This document shows positions 1-8,940 of a DNA stretch of 48,419 bases, in pieces (within the stretch, counting starts at the first letter, position 1; every line of letters begins with the position of its first letter). The translations under genes and the position numbers were made by a program. This stretch comes from Verrucomicrobiia bacterium (GTDB lineage Bacteria > Verrucomicrobiota > Verrucomicrobiia > JABWAM01), in contig JABWAM010000001.1 of assembly GCA_013360985.1 (NCBI GenBank), forward strand, positions 1 to 48,419. Reading direction: 5' to 3'. The notes beneath the pieces are model-generated. The model saw nothing but the letters and a program-made list of their open reading frames with translations, had not been told where the DNA came from and searched no databases.

Positions 1-9
1 GTTTCATCG

Positions 10-732
10 ATGAACCTTCTCTCCTCCCGCACGCGCCCGCACGTGAATAACTCGCGCCCCCTCGCCCTTTCGGAACGCGCGGAAACCTTTTTTCATCGGC
101 CGCGCTCCTGGATCGCGCGCCTCGATTGGGCGACGGTCTTCGGTTCTGCGGCGGCGATTCCCGCGCGCGTCGAGGTGGACCTCGGCGCGGGCGACGGAGG
201 ATTCGTCGCCGAACGCGCGCGCCGACATCCCGCGTGCGCCTTTCTGGCGGTGGAACGCCTCCTCGGCCGCACCCGGAAAATCGCGCGGCGCGCGGCGCGC
301 CTTGACCTCGCCAACGTTCGCGTCCTGCGGATCGAAGCTTCCTACGCCGTCGAACGCCTGCTCCCGCCGCATTCGGTGGACGCGATCACCGTGCTGTTCC
401 CCGACCCGTGGCCCAAACGCCGGCATCACAAGAACCGTCTTCTCCAGACCTCGCTCCTCGACGCCTGCGCGCGCGCGCTCAAGCCCAACGGATGGATCGC
501 GATCAAAACCGACGATTCCGCATACTTCGCGCACATCCGCGCGGCAGCAGCCGCCAGCCCGCTCCTCCAGCTGTGGAATGACGCGACCGCGGAAACCCTT
601 CTTCCCGAAATCACCGATTTCGAACGCGACTTTCTGAAGGAAGGCCGGCCGATCCATTTCCTCGCCCTGCGCCCGCGGGAACGCGCGGCTTGCGCCGCGT
701 CCGTCCCGGGCGCATCTTCCCCTCGATGTTGA
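10..732 (+). CDS. trmB: tRNA (guanine-N7)-methyltransferase
   Basis: 240-aa ORF from ATG 10. SAM-binding stretch VEVDLGAGDGGF and TrmB signature VLFPDPWPKRRHHKNRL. Stop TGA 730-732 overlaps the next start. Confidence 0.85.
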   Translation: MNLLSSRTRPHVNNSRPLALSERAETFFHRPRSWIARLDWATVFGSAAAIPARVEVDLGAGDGGFVAERARRHPACAFLAVERLLGRTRKIARRAARLDLANVRVLRIEASYAVERLLPPHSVDAITVLFPDPWPKRRHHKNRLLQTSLLDACARALKPNGWIAIKTDDSAYFAHIRAAAAASPLLQLWNDATAETLLPEITDFERDFLKEGRPIHFLALRPRERAACAASVPGASSPRC

Positions 733-1631
733 CGCTCGAATCGCTGCGCGACCTCGCGCTCGCCCACGCCGACGCGTTGCGCGCCCCCGTCCGGAACCTG
801 GAACTCGGAGGGCGCACGCTCGACTGGAGCGACGGCCCGCACCTCATGGGCGTCGTCAATCTCTCGCCCGATTCCTGGTATCGGGAAAGCGTCTGCCTCG
901 ATCCGGAAGCCGCGATTGCGCGCGGCCGCCGCCTCGCCGTCGAAGGCGCAACCCTCGTGGACGTCGGCGCGGAATCGAGCGTCCTGACCGCCGCGCGCGC
1001 CGACGATCTCCAGCAACGCCACCGCCTCCTCCCCGTGATCCGCGGTCTTGCCGCCGCGGGCATCCTTGTTTCCGCCGAAACCTACAGCCTGCCCGTCGCC
1101 GAAGCCTGCCTCGACGCCGGCGCGCGGGCGCTCAACCTCACCGGTACGACGCGCGACGCCGATTTCTTCCGCCTCGCCGCGGAACGCGACGCCGCCGTGA
1201 TCCTCTGCTTCGTCGAAGGCGCGCATGTCCGCGCCGTGGGCGACCTGACGCTCGCCGAGGATCCGATTCCCCGGCTGCGCGATCACTTTGCCCGACGGAT
1301 CGAGGACGCCGTCCGACGAGGCGTCACGCGCATCATCCTCGATCCCGGCCTCGGGTTTTACTACCGCAACCTTCAGGACAGCGCCACGCGCGTCCGCCAC
1401 CAGATGCGAACCTTTCTCCACACCTTTCGCCTGCGCGAACTGGGCTGGCCGCTCTGCCACGCGCTCCCCCACGCCTTTGAATACTTCCAGGAGGAAGTCC
1501 GCTGCGCCGAACCCTTTTTTGCGACGCTCGCCCTTCTGGGGAAGACCAACCTCTTGCGCACGCACGAAGTCGCGCGCGTGCGCGCGGTCTGCCGGACGCT
1601 CGGGATTTGGCAGGAAAACCGTTCGCCGTGA
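726..1631 (+). CDS. folP: dihydropteroate synthase-like pterin-binding protein (divergent FolP)
   Basis: In-frame ATG 726 gives a 7-nt overlap with the trmB stop. DHPS-type motifs MGVVNLSPDSW, VDVGAES, LDPGLGF, LLRTHEV. The canonical ESTRPG loop and SRK motif are not recognisable by eye, so the exact function is uncertain. Confidence 0.6.
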   Translation: MLTLESLRDLALAHADALRAPVRNLELGGRTLDWSDGPHLMGVVNLSPDSWYRESVCLDPEAAIARGRRLAVEGATLVDVGAESSVLTAARADDLQQRHRLLPVIRGLAAAGILVSAETYSLPVAEACLDAGARALNLTGTTRDADFFRLAAERDAAVILCFVEGAHVRAVGDLTLAEDPIPRLRDHFARRIEDAVRRGVTRIILDPGLGFYYRNLQDSATRVRHQMRTFLHTFRLRELGWPLCHALPHAFEYFQEEVRCAEPFFATLALLGKTNLLRTHEVARVRAVCRTLGIWQENRSP

Positions 1632-3214
1632 CCGCCGCGCGGGAGCGCCTCGCCCTCGGGTTGATCACCGCCCTCGCGGCGGGATTGCTCCTCTTCCGCC
1701 TCGGCGCGCCGATCCTCTGGGACGACGAAGCGGAGACCGCCCTCCTCGCGCGCAACGTCCTCCGTTTCGGCTGGCCCCGCGCCACAGGCGGCGACCGCGG
1801 CGTAATCTCGCAACAGTGCGGCGCGGACTACGAAGCGACCTCCGGCCGCTGGAACCGTCATCCGTGGGGCGCGATCTCTCTGACGGCCGCCTCCTTCGCG
1901 ATCCTCGGCGAAACGCCGTTCGCCGCCCGCCTCCCGCACGCCCTCCTCGCGCTCGCGACCGTCCCCGCGACCGCGTTCCTCGCCCGCCGCTTCGGGATGA
2001 GCCGCCGCGCGGCCAACCTTCCCGCGCTTCTCCTCACGCTCTCGATCACGTTCGCGCCGTATGGACGCCAATGCCGATATCACGCGATGACCCTGCTCGG
2101 AGGCACGCTTGCCCTCGCGGCGCTCCCCGCCCTGCGCGAAGCACGCTGGAAACGCGAGGCCGGACTTCTCGCCGTCGGACTGCTCCTCCTCCTTGAAGCC
2201 AGCTATCTCGCGTTCGCCGCAGTCTTTGCCGGGCTCGCCTTCGCGGGGCCGATCCTCCTCTCGGACGCCGCCGCGCGCCGCCGCCTCGGCGCGACCTTGG
2301 CTCTCGCCGCGCTCGCCGCCCTCCCGCTGCTCGGCATCCAGGGGTTCTTTTCCGGTCTCGCGACGCAGGCCGAACAGACCGGCCACTTCTTCTCCAAGCT
2401 CGGCAATTATCTGCTCAAGCTCGATCTCTTCTTCCTGCCTCTCCCGCTCCTGCTCCTCGCGGCGCTGGCTGCCCGCGTCTGTCCGAAACCCGCGCCGCCC
2501 GTTTTCCCCCACGCAGGCCGCGTGACATCCTTCCTCATCCTCTTCCTCCTCATCAACCTCGTCGTCGTTTCCGCTTCGACCGTCGCCTTCTCCCGTTACC
2601 TGGCCCACCTCGCGCCGGCGTGCGCAATCCTCAGCGCGTGGGCTCTCCTCACGATCGGCCGAGCCTCGAAACTCGCCGCCGCGCTGCTCGGAATCCTTCT
2701 CGTCGGCAGCGCCTTCCTCAACGGCTGGCTCGCGCGCGCCGTCGGCCCTCCCCAAGCCCGCACCCTCGCTCCGTTCCCCTGGGCCCGCCTCGGCGCGGAA
2801 CTCATCCGCCCTCGCCCGGGCCCCATGACCCAGCTCGCGGACTACCTCAACCATCACGCGACGCCCAACGCCACCGTGTTCATCACCCACGGCGACCTCC
2901 CGCTCCGCGTCCACACCCGCCTACGCATCCTCGGCGGAGAATCCGGCGAAGACCTCCGCGGTGCGCCGCCCCCCGACTGGATCGTCTGGCGCGCATTCTT
3001 CCGGATGCGCCCCCGGACCGCCGCCGTCCGGGAAGATCAAGCACGGATGCGCGCCGATCTCGCCGCGATCCCCTGGGAAACCTATGAACGCGTCGCGTTC
3101 GCTCCCGAGGATCGCGTCTGGGACAATAATCCCGAACCCGAGCTTCGCCTCCTGGCGTCGCCCCGAACATTCGGTCAGATCCACATCTACCGCCGAATCC
3201 CGACCGCGCAGTAG
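1628..3214 (+). CDS. GT-C fold membrane glycosyltransferase (ArnT/PMT, GT39/GT83-like)
   Basis: GTG 1628 overlaps the folP stop (GTGA). 528 aa with many hydrophobic helices. First-loop acidic motif PILWDDEAETALLARN is typical of ArnT/PMT-type enzymes. Soluble C-terminal domain. Confidence 0.6.
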   Translation: MTAARERLALGLITALAAGLLLFRLGAPILWDDEAETALLARNVLRFGWPRATGGDRGVISQQCGADYEATSGRWNRHPWGAISLTAASFAILGETPFAARLPHALLALATVPATAFLARRFGMSRRAANLPALLLTLSITFAPYGRQCRYHAMTLLGGTLALAALPALREARWKREAGLLAVGLLLLLEASYLAFAAVFAGLAFAGPILLSDAAARRRLGATLALAALAALPLLGIQGFFSGLATQAEQTGHFFSKLGNYLLKLDLFFLPLPLLLLAALAARVCPKPAPPVFPHAGRVTSFLILFLLINLVVVSASTVAFSRYLAHLAPACAILSAWALLTIGRASKLAAALLGILLVGSAFLNGWLARAVGPPQARTLAPFPWARLGAELIRPRPGPMTQLADYLNHHATPNATVFITHGDLPLRVHTRLRILGGESGEDLRGAPPPDWIVWRAFFRMRPRTAAVREDQARMRADLAAIPWETYERVAFAPEDRVWDNNPEPELRLLASPRTFGQIHIYRRIPTAQ

Positions 3215-3231
3215 GGCGCGACGCAGCCCGC

Positions 3232-3936
3232 TCAGAGCGGCTGCCCAAGGTCCGACCGACGGAGGCGCCAGACTTCTCCGAGCCCGATCGCTTTGGCCGG
3301 CCCCATGCCGCGCGTCCAATCCCGGGTGATCTCGACGATCGGCGGGCGTTCCCCCGGCCGTTTCCCCGGCCAGCGAAAGCTGGGGACGAGCCGGTAGCGT
3401 TCCCCTTTCTGGGGATATCTCCTTCCTTCCACGCCATCCATCGGACCGAGTTTGTCCTCGTCCTCCTCCACGCGCGGACGACGCATCACCAACATCCGGC
3501 TGAAGGCATCCGAATCATCGCGGCAACGCTCGAACGCTTCGGCAAGCTGCCAGAACCGCAGGCTGCCGCAAGAGGCGTCCGGATCCGGAAGACCGAACAC
3601 CACGACGCTTTGATCCTGTCCGACGTCCTCCAGGCAGGCGGCCTCCTGCGTGCCGCGCAACGGCGGAAAGGCGAAGAGCACGAGATCGAAATCGTCCGGC
3701 CGAATCCGCGCGCTGCCTGCGGCGTCGTAGGGATGCGTCCAAACGGTGACGCTCGACGGCAGCGGCGCATGGAGCTGAGGCGGAGGCCGCCCCACCACCG
3801 TCCAGCGCGCCGCATACCGCGCAAACTCCGCGGCGAGAAACGGGCTCCCTGCAACACCCACGTCGAGCACGCGCTTCCCGCGCAACATCTCGCGGAAAAC
3901 CTCCAGTTGCCTCGGGCTGATGCGTCGCGCAATCAC
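3232..3936 (-). CDS. hypothetical protein, Rossmann/SAM-methyltransferase-like N-terminal half
   Basis: ORF 3232-4155 trimmed to GTG 3936 (ATG 3888 is an alternative) so it does not run into thrS. KRVLDVGVAGSPF...DFDLVLFAF resembles a class I MTase fold. No confident family. Start uncertain. Confidence 0.4.
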   Translation of the reverse strand: MIARRISPRQLEVFREMLRGKRVLDVGVAGSPFLAAEFARYAARWTVVGRPPPQLHAPLPSSVTVWTHPYDAAGSARIRPDDFDLVLFAFPPLRGTQEAACLEDVGQDQSVVVFGLPDPDASCGSLRFWQLAEAFERCRDDSDAFSRMLVMRRPRVEEDEDKLGPMDGVEGRRYPQKGERYRLVPSFRWPGKRPGERPPIVEITRDWTRGMGPAKAIGLGEVWRLRRSDLGQPL

Positions 3937-4094
3937 ACAGAAAAGAAGCCGGGTCGGGCGGCCATTCTGGCCTCCTTCCGCTTCGGATTCAACCCAAGCG
4001 GCTCTCCGCTTGACCGCTTCCGCAGGTCGTGGAAGATGGACGCGCGATGCCTTCCGCTCCTCCTCCCGCCGCTTCCGATTCTTCCGCACCCCGC

Positions 4095-5912
4095 ATGACG
4101 GACCTCGAGCGCCTGCGCCACTCGGCGGCGCACGTGATGGCCACCGCAATCGCAAAACTCTGGCCTGAGGCGCAGTTCGCCGCGGGTCCGCCGGTCGCAG
4201 AAGGTTTCTATTACGACGTGGAGTTGACCCATCGGGTCAGCCCGACTGATTTCGAGAGGATCGAGGCCGAAATGAAGGCGATCGTGAAGGCCAACCAGCC
4301 TTTCGAACGCAAAGTGGTGAGCCGCGCCGAGGCGTTGGCCCTCGCCGAAAAGGGGCGCCTCGCGGCGCTCGCGGAACGCGCCACCCCCAGCCGCTACAAA
4401 CTCGACATCCTCGCGAGCATTCCCGAGGGGGCGACGATCACGCTCTATCAGAACGGCGATTTCCTCGATCTCTGCGCGGGACCGCACGTGATGCGCACCG
4501 GTAACGTGAAGGCCTTCAAGCTCACGGCCGTGGCCAGCGCTTACTACAAGGGCGACGAGAAAAATCCGCAACTCCAGCGCATCTACGGCACGGCTTTTCC
4601 GAACAAGACGGAGATGGAAGCGCACTTCACGATGCTCGAGGAAGCGAAAAAACGCGACCACCGCCGTCTCGGCGCGGAGATGGGCCTCTTTACGATGGAT
4701 CCGGACTACACCGGCCCGGGTCTTCCGCTCTGGCTTCCGAAAGGCGGCGCGATCCTCGAAGAACTCGAAAAGCTCGCCAAAGAAACCGAGTTCGCCGCCG
4801 GCTATGTGCGGGTGAAAACCCCGCACATCGCCCGCGAAAAGATGTTCACGACCTCGGGCCATCTCCCCTACTACGCGGAGAGCATGTTTCCGCCAATGGA
4901 GATCCGGGAAGCCGAGGACGCCGCCGGCGTCTCGGGGCGTTACTACCTCAAGGCGATGAACTGTCCGCATCATCATCGCATCTTCGCGGCGGAACCGCGG
5001 AGCTACCGCGACCTCCCGCTGCGCCTCGCTGAATACGGATGCTGTTATCGTTACGAACAATCGGGCGAACTCTTCGGCCTCATGCGCGTGCGCGCGATGA
5101 ACATGAACGACGCGCACATCTACTGCGCTCCGGAACAGTTCGCCGCAGAGTTCAACGCGGTGAACGCAATGTACCTCAAGTACTTCAAGATCTTCGGCTT
5201 CACCAAATACCGGATGCGCTTCAGCACCAGCGCCCCCGAGGGGATGGGCAAGAAGTACGTGGACGAACCCGAACTCTGGAAACAGACCGAGGACATGGTG
5301 CGCGCGGTCCTTCAGGCGAGCGGGATCGATTACGTCGAAGTCCCCAACGAGGCCGCTTTTTACGGCCCGAAGATCGACGTCCAGGTCTGGAGCGCGATCG
5401 GACGCGAGTTCACCCTCGCCACCAACCAGGTGGATTTCGCCGTGCCGAAACGCTTCGGGCTCGTTTACCGCGACCGCGACAACACCGATAAAATCCCCCT
5501 CTGCATCCACCGCGCGCCGCTCGGCACGCACGAGCGCTTCATCGGCTTCCTCATCGAGCATTTCGCGGGGAACTTCCCGCTCTGGCTCGCCCCCGATCAG
5601 GTTCGCGTCCTGCCCGTGACGGACGCCCAGATCGACTCCGCGAAGGGCATCGTCGCCGAACTGCGCGCCGCGCAGGTGCGGGCAGAGTGGGAGTTCAGCA
5701 ACGACAAGCTCCAAGGACGCATCCAACGCGCCGAGGCCGCGCGCGTCCACACGATTCTCGTCGTCGGCGCGCGCGAGCAAGAAGCCGACGCCGTCGCCCT
5801 CCGCATCCATGGGAAAGGGCCTCAAGGGGTCAAGCCCCGCGCCCAGGCCATCGCCGACCTGCTCCAGGCGATCCGAGAACGCCGATCCGACGAAGGGCAA
5901 TTTTCCGCGTGA
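4095..5912 (+). CDS. thrS: threonine--tRNA ligase (no N-terminal TGS domain)
   Basis: Editing-domain motif RHSAAHVMATAIAKLWP...GFYYDV lies about 10 aa from the start. Class II core includes FTTSGHLPYY, YLKAMNCPHH and MNDAHIY. Anticodon-binding C-terminus present. Alternative starts at GTG 4029 and ATG 4047. Confidence 0.9.
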   Translation: MTDLERLRHSAAHVMATAIAKLWPEAQFAAGPPVAEGFYYDVELTHRVSPTDFERIEAEMKAIVKANQPFERKVVSRAEALALAEKGRLAALAERATPSRYKLDILASIPEGATITLYQNGDFLDLCAGPHVMRTGNVKAFKLTAVASAYYKGDEKNPQLQRIYGTAFPNKTEMEAHFTMLEEAKKRDHRRLGAEMGLFTMDPDYTGPGLPLWLPKGGAILEELEKLAKETEFAAGYVRVKTPHIAREKMFTTSGHLPYYAESMFPPMEIREAEDAAGVSGRYYLKAMNCPHHHRIFAAEPRSYRDLPLRLAEYGCCYRYEQSGELFGLMRVRAMNMNDAHIYCAPEQFAAEFNAVNAMYLKYFKIFGFTKYRMRFSTSAPEGMGKKYVDEPELWKQTEDMVRAVLQASGIDYVEVPNEAAFYGPKIDVQVWSAIGREFTLATNQVDFAVPKRFGLVYRDRDNTDKIPLCIHRAPLGTHERFIGFLIEHFAGNFPLWLAPDQVRVLPVTDAQIDSAKGIVAELRAAQVRAEWEFSNDKLQGRIQRAEAARVHTILVVGAREQEADAVALRIHGKGPQGVKPRAQAIADLLQAIRERRSDEGQFSA

Positions 5913-6225
5913 CACGCGGATCAGGCCTCGCTAGAGTTCCCGCAGATTCAGCATGCCCAACAGCCCCTGTTTCCCCTCCATCCTTCTTTCGAGGACCGTC
6001 CGGTCGGCGGCCGTCGCGGAGGGAGGCATGACGCATCTCGGCAATGCTTCGATCGGCTCGTGAATTCCACAGCCTTCGAAATTTCGCCGCGGCGGTGAAC
6101 GCTTGCTCGTGATCCCGTTCATGCTGATTCCTCTCCCCTCGCCTCGCGCGGAATGAGCCGATTCGAGGGATCTCCGTTTGTCGCGGACGGCGCGTTGCTA
6201 CACGCCGCCTGATCGCCTTGTCTCA

Positions 6226-6885
6226 ATGAAGCATCTTCCATTCCAGTTCCGTGTTAACCATCGCATCCGCGCCTCCGAAGTCCGCGTCATTTCCGAGGAC
6301 GGGAAACAGGCCGGCATCATGCCCATCAGCGCCGCGCTCAAGCTGGCCATGGATCAGGGCAAGGATCTTGTCGAAGTCGCCGCCGACGCCAAGCCCCCCG
6401 TATGTCGGGTCGTGGACTTCGGGAAGTTTCGCTACGAACAGGCGAAGAAGCACAAGGGCGACGGCAAACACGCCGCGGCGTCGAAGGTCAAGGAACTCAA
6501 GTTCCACGTGAACATCGGCGACCACGATTACGCCATCAAAATGCGGCACGCGGCGGAGTTTCTCCAGAAAGGCATGCGCGTGAAGGCGTCCGTTTATTTC
6601 CGGGGACGCGAAATGGCCTACCAAGAGTTCGGCACGCAACTGATCGAACGCGTCCTCCGGGACGTCTCCGCCTTCGCGCACTGCGACGCGCCTCCGCGCC
6701 TCCTCGGCAAGAACCTCCATGTCTTGCTGATCCCCGGGAAGGCCAAGGTCAAGGTGAACGAAACCGCGTCTCCCGCGTCTTCGGGAATGCCGCCCCCTTC
6801 CTCCTCCGCATCTCCGCGACCGACCTCGGCATCCCAACCCTTCGGCGCGCCGATCAAAATCGATCTCAAGATCGGCGGCGCGTAA
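6226..6885 (+). CDS. infC: translation initiation factor IF-3 with Pro/Ser-rich C-terminal tail
   Basis: RVNHRIRASEVRVISEDGKQ, KPPVCRVVDFGKFRYEQ and YFRGREMAYQEFG match IF-3 N and C domains. ATG 6226 chosen (ORF opens at TTG 6178). About 40 extra C-terminal residues. Confidence 0.85.
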   Translation: MKHLPFQFRVNHRIRASEVRVISEDGKQAGIMPISAALKLAMDQGKDLVEVAADAKPPVCRVVDFGKFRYEQAKKHKGDGKHAAASKVKELKFHVNIGDHDYAIKMRHAAEFLQKGMRVKASVYFRGREMAYQEFGTQLIERVLRDVSAFAHCDAPPRLLGKNLHVLLIPGKAKVKVNETASPASSGMPPPSSSASPRPTSASQPFGAPIKIDLKIGGA

Positions 6886-6903
6886 GAGCGGGGCCTTCTC
6901 CTC

Positions 6904-6969
6904 GCAGCCGCAGGCTTCAGCCTGCGTCAGCCGGTTTCGGTCCTCGCGCGATCTGAAGCCCGCGGCTGC
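6904..6969 (+). promoter_or_regulatory. imperfect 17-bp inverted repeat with a competing local hairpin in the infC-rpmI spacer
   Basis: gcagccgcaggcttcag (6904-6920) pairs with ctgaagcccgcggctgc (6953-6969) with 1 mismatch. Bases 6910-6925 (GCAGGC-TTCA-GCCTGC) can form an alternative hairpin. Followed by an A6 run, so it is not a canonical terminator. Confidence 0.4.
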
Positions 6970-7256
6970 AAAAAATCGCGGCCGCGCAACGGAAACGAGG
7001 AGACCATGCCGCCTCGTGAGAAACGCCATCCGTTGCCCAGCGAGTGTTGTCGCGGAGAAATCCCCACGGGGTTCACCACCCGAGTTGCTGACGATCCTGT
7101 CATCCGCCACGAAGAAGATCTCGCCGCCCAAGCCCGATATGTCGCCAACAATCCCGCATGTTCTACACCTTCTCGGTGGCGAACCATCCCCGAACCATCT
7201 TGGGGTTGCATTCCGGCGCGCATGCGGCAGACTATGCGGTTCATCCCCTTCCGATT

Positions 7257-7451
7257 ATGCAGAAAACCAACAAGGCCGTTCGCAAGCGATTCAAGATTTC
7301 CGCCCGCGGAAAAATCCTGCGCCAGCGCGCCGGCCGCCGCCATCTTGCCGGCTCGAAAAAAGCCAAGAAAAGCCGCGCGCACCGACGCGCGGTCGAAGTG
7401 CATTTCACCGACGCCCAACGCGTCACTAAAAATCTGCCGTTCGGGGGCTGA
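7257..7451 (+). CDS. rpmI: 50S ribosomal protein L35
   Basis: 64 aa, MQKTNKAVRKRFKISARGKILRQRAGRRHL. The internal ATG 7257 of ORF 7158-7451 gives the canonical length. Confidence 0.9.
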   Translation: MQKTNKAVRKRFKISARGKILRQRAGRRHLAGSKKAKKSRAHRRAVEVHFTDAQRVTKNLPFGG

Positions 7452-7529
7452 CCCCGCGGCGCCAACCAAAGAGGCCCGTGAAGCTTCCGGCTCCGCGGCC
7501 GGAACGCCTCCAGGAAAGGAAAACCGACC

Positions 7530-7895
7530 ATGCCACGCGCAACCAACGCGCCCGCCAGCCGCGAGCGCCGCAAGCGGATCGTCCGCGCCTCCCGGGGCTA
7601 CCGGGGCAACCGCAGCAAACTCTATCGCTACGCCGCCGACGCCCAGGACAAGGCTCGCGCCTGGGCCTACATCGGCCGCAAGATCAAGAAACGCGATTTT
7701 CGCGCCCTCTGGAACACGCGCATCAACATCGCCGCACGCGCACGCGGCCTCAGCTACAGCCGATTGATCGAGGGATTGCGCAAGGCGAAGATCGGGCTCG
7801 ATCGAAAGGCGCTCGCGCATCTCGCAGTGACCGAGCCGAAAGCCTTCGACAACCTCGTCGAGCAAGCGAAACTCACGCGCGCCGGCAAATCCTGA
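7530..7895 (+). CDS. rplT: 50S ribosomal protein L20
   Basis: MPRATNAPASRERRKRIVRASRGYRGNRSKLYR...RDFRALWNTRINIAAR. AGGAAAGGA lies about 10 nt upstream of the ATG. Confidence 0.95.
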   Translation: MPRATNAPASRERRKRIVRASRGYRGNRSKLYRYAADAQDKARAWAYIGRKIKKRDFRALWNTRINIAARARGLSYSRLIEGLRKAKIGLDRKALAHLAVTEPKAFDNLVEQAKLTRAGKS

Positions 7896-7925
7896 GCCGC
7901 CGCCTGCGGCAACGCCCGCGCGCGC

Positions 7926-8939
7926 TCAGATCCCCCGCCGTTTCGCGCGGGGATGCGCGGCGTCGTAGGCTTTTTTCATCCGATCGGCGGTCACGTGGGT
8001 GTAGACCTGCGTTGTTCCGAGACGACGGTGCCCCAGCATCTGCTGGACACTGCGCAGGTCGGCGCCCCGATCGAGAAGATGCGTGGCGAACGAATGGCGC
8101 AGCTTGTGGGGCGTGAGCGCCATGCTCAGCCCCGCGTGCCGAAGCAACGGCTTGAGGAGCCGCTGTACGCCGCGCACGCCGAGCCGCGCGCCGCCGCGCC
8201 CCGCGAAGAGGAACTCTTCGCCGCGGAGGCCGCCGCGAAGGTCGAGGTAAGACCGGATCGCGTGCGCGGCGAAACGTCCGACCGGCACGATCCTCTCGCG
8301 CGCTCCTTTGCCGAAAACGCGCACGGTGTCTCCGACGAGGTCCACGTCGCGCCGCCGCAGATCCGCCAGCTCCCGCACGCGCAAGCCGCAGCCGTAGAGC
8401 GTTTCCAGGATCGCGCGGTCCCGCCAGCGTTGCCACGGCGCGTAACGCGGGCGTTTCATCGTGAGAGGCGCTTCGAGCAGCCGCTCCACCTCGCCCTCCT
8501 GAAGAAAAACCGGCAGCCTCCTCGGGCGCTTGGGCGAAGCCAGCCCCTGGATTGCCGCGATCTCAAGCCCTTTCCTTCGATCGAGAAATCGGAAGAAGGA
8601 ACGGATCGCCGAGAGATGAAGCAGAACGCTTGCCCGGCTCAGCGGGCGCAACCCGAGTTGCTTCAGCCGAGGCGCGCGCGGGTCGCGCGCATCCGGCTCG
8701 GCGAAGGTCTGCAGATATTCGCGAAGATCGACGGGACGGAGGGCCTTCCAGTCCACGCCGGGCAGCGACGGATCGCGCGGATTGGCCGCATGCCGCCGCA
8801 GCCAGAGGACGAAGCGCCCGAGCGCCTGGCGATAGTTGCGAACGGTCCGCGACGACCCCCCCCGCCCCGACCGCAGATCGTCGAGAAAATCGAGGCCGAG
8901 GCCGTCGTGGAGCGGAAATTTCTCGGGCGGATGACTCAC
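7926..8939 (-). CDS. tyrosine site-specific recombinase, XerC/XerD family
   Basis: 337 aa from GTG 8939. Catalytic signature GLRVRE...GKGARER...HKLRHSFATHLL...LGHRRLGTTQVYTHV (R-K-HxxR-H-Y). Confidence 0.85.
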   Translation of the reverse strand: MSHPPEKFPLHDGLGLDFLDDLRSGRGGSSRTVRNYRQALGRFVLWLRRHAANPRDPSLPGVDWKALRPVDLREYLQTFAEPDARDPRAPRLKQLGLRPLSRASVLLHLSAIRSFFRFLDRRKGLEIAAIQGLASPKRPRRLPVFLQEGEVERLLEAPLTMKRPRYAPWQRWRDRAILETLYGCGLRVRELADLRRRDVDLVGDTVRVFGKGARERIVPVGRFAAHAIRSYLDLRGGLRGEEFLFAGRGGARLGVRGVQRLLKPLLRHAGLSMALTPHKLRHSFATHLLDRGADLRSVQQMLGHRRLGTTQVYTHVTADRMKKAYDAAHPRAKRRGI

Positions 8940-8940
8940 G

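Noticed and set aside
3933-5915. 660-aa minus-strand ORF covering thrS (similar antisense ORFs cover tuf at 31320-32579, the beta-helix gene at 33193-35073 and the PEP-CTERM gene at 44157-45881)
   Set aside because: These lie antisense to genes with unambiguous homology (ThrRS, EF-Tu) or clear domain signatures. The translations are Arg-rich with no motifs.
6927-7865. 312-aa minus ORF and 253-aa plus ORF (7006-7767) across the infC-rpmI spacer and rpmI/rplT
   Set aside because: They overlap the unambiguous L35 and L20 genes in other frames. Composition is Arg/Ala/Pro-rich and no motifs are visible.
7926-8939. Tyrosine recombinase as the marker of an integrated mobile element or genomic island
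   Set aside because: It is translationally coupled to hemB-clpS and has the XerC/D-type motif set. It is not adjacent to a tRNA. I could see no direct repeats or phage or transposon genes flanking it. A housekeeping Xer-type recombinase is more likely.
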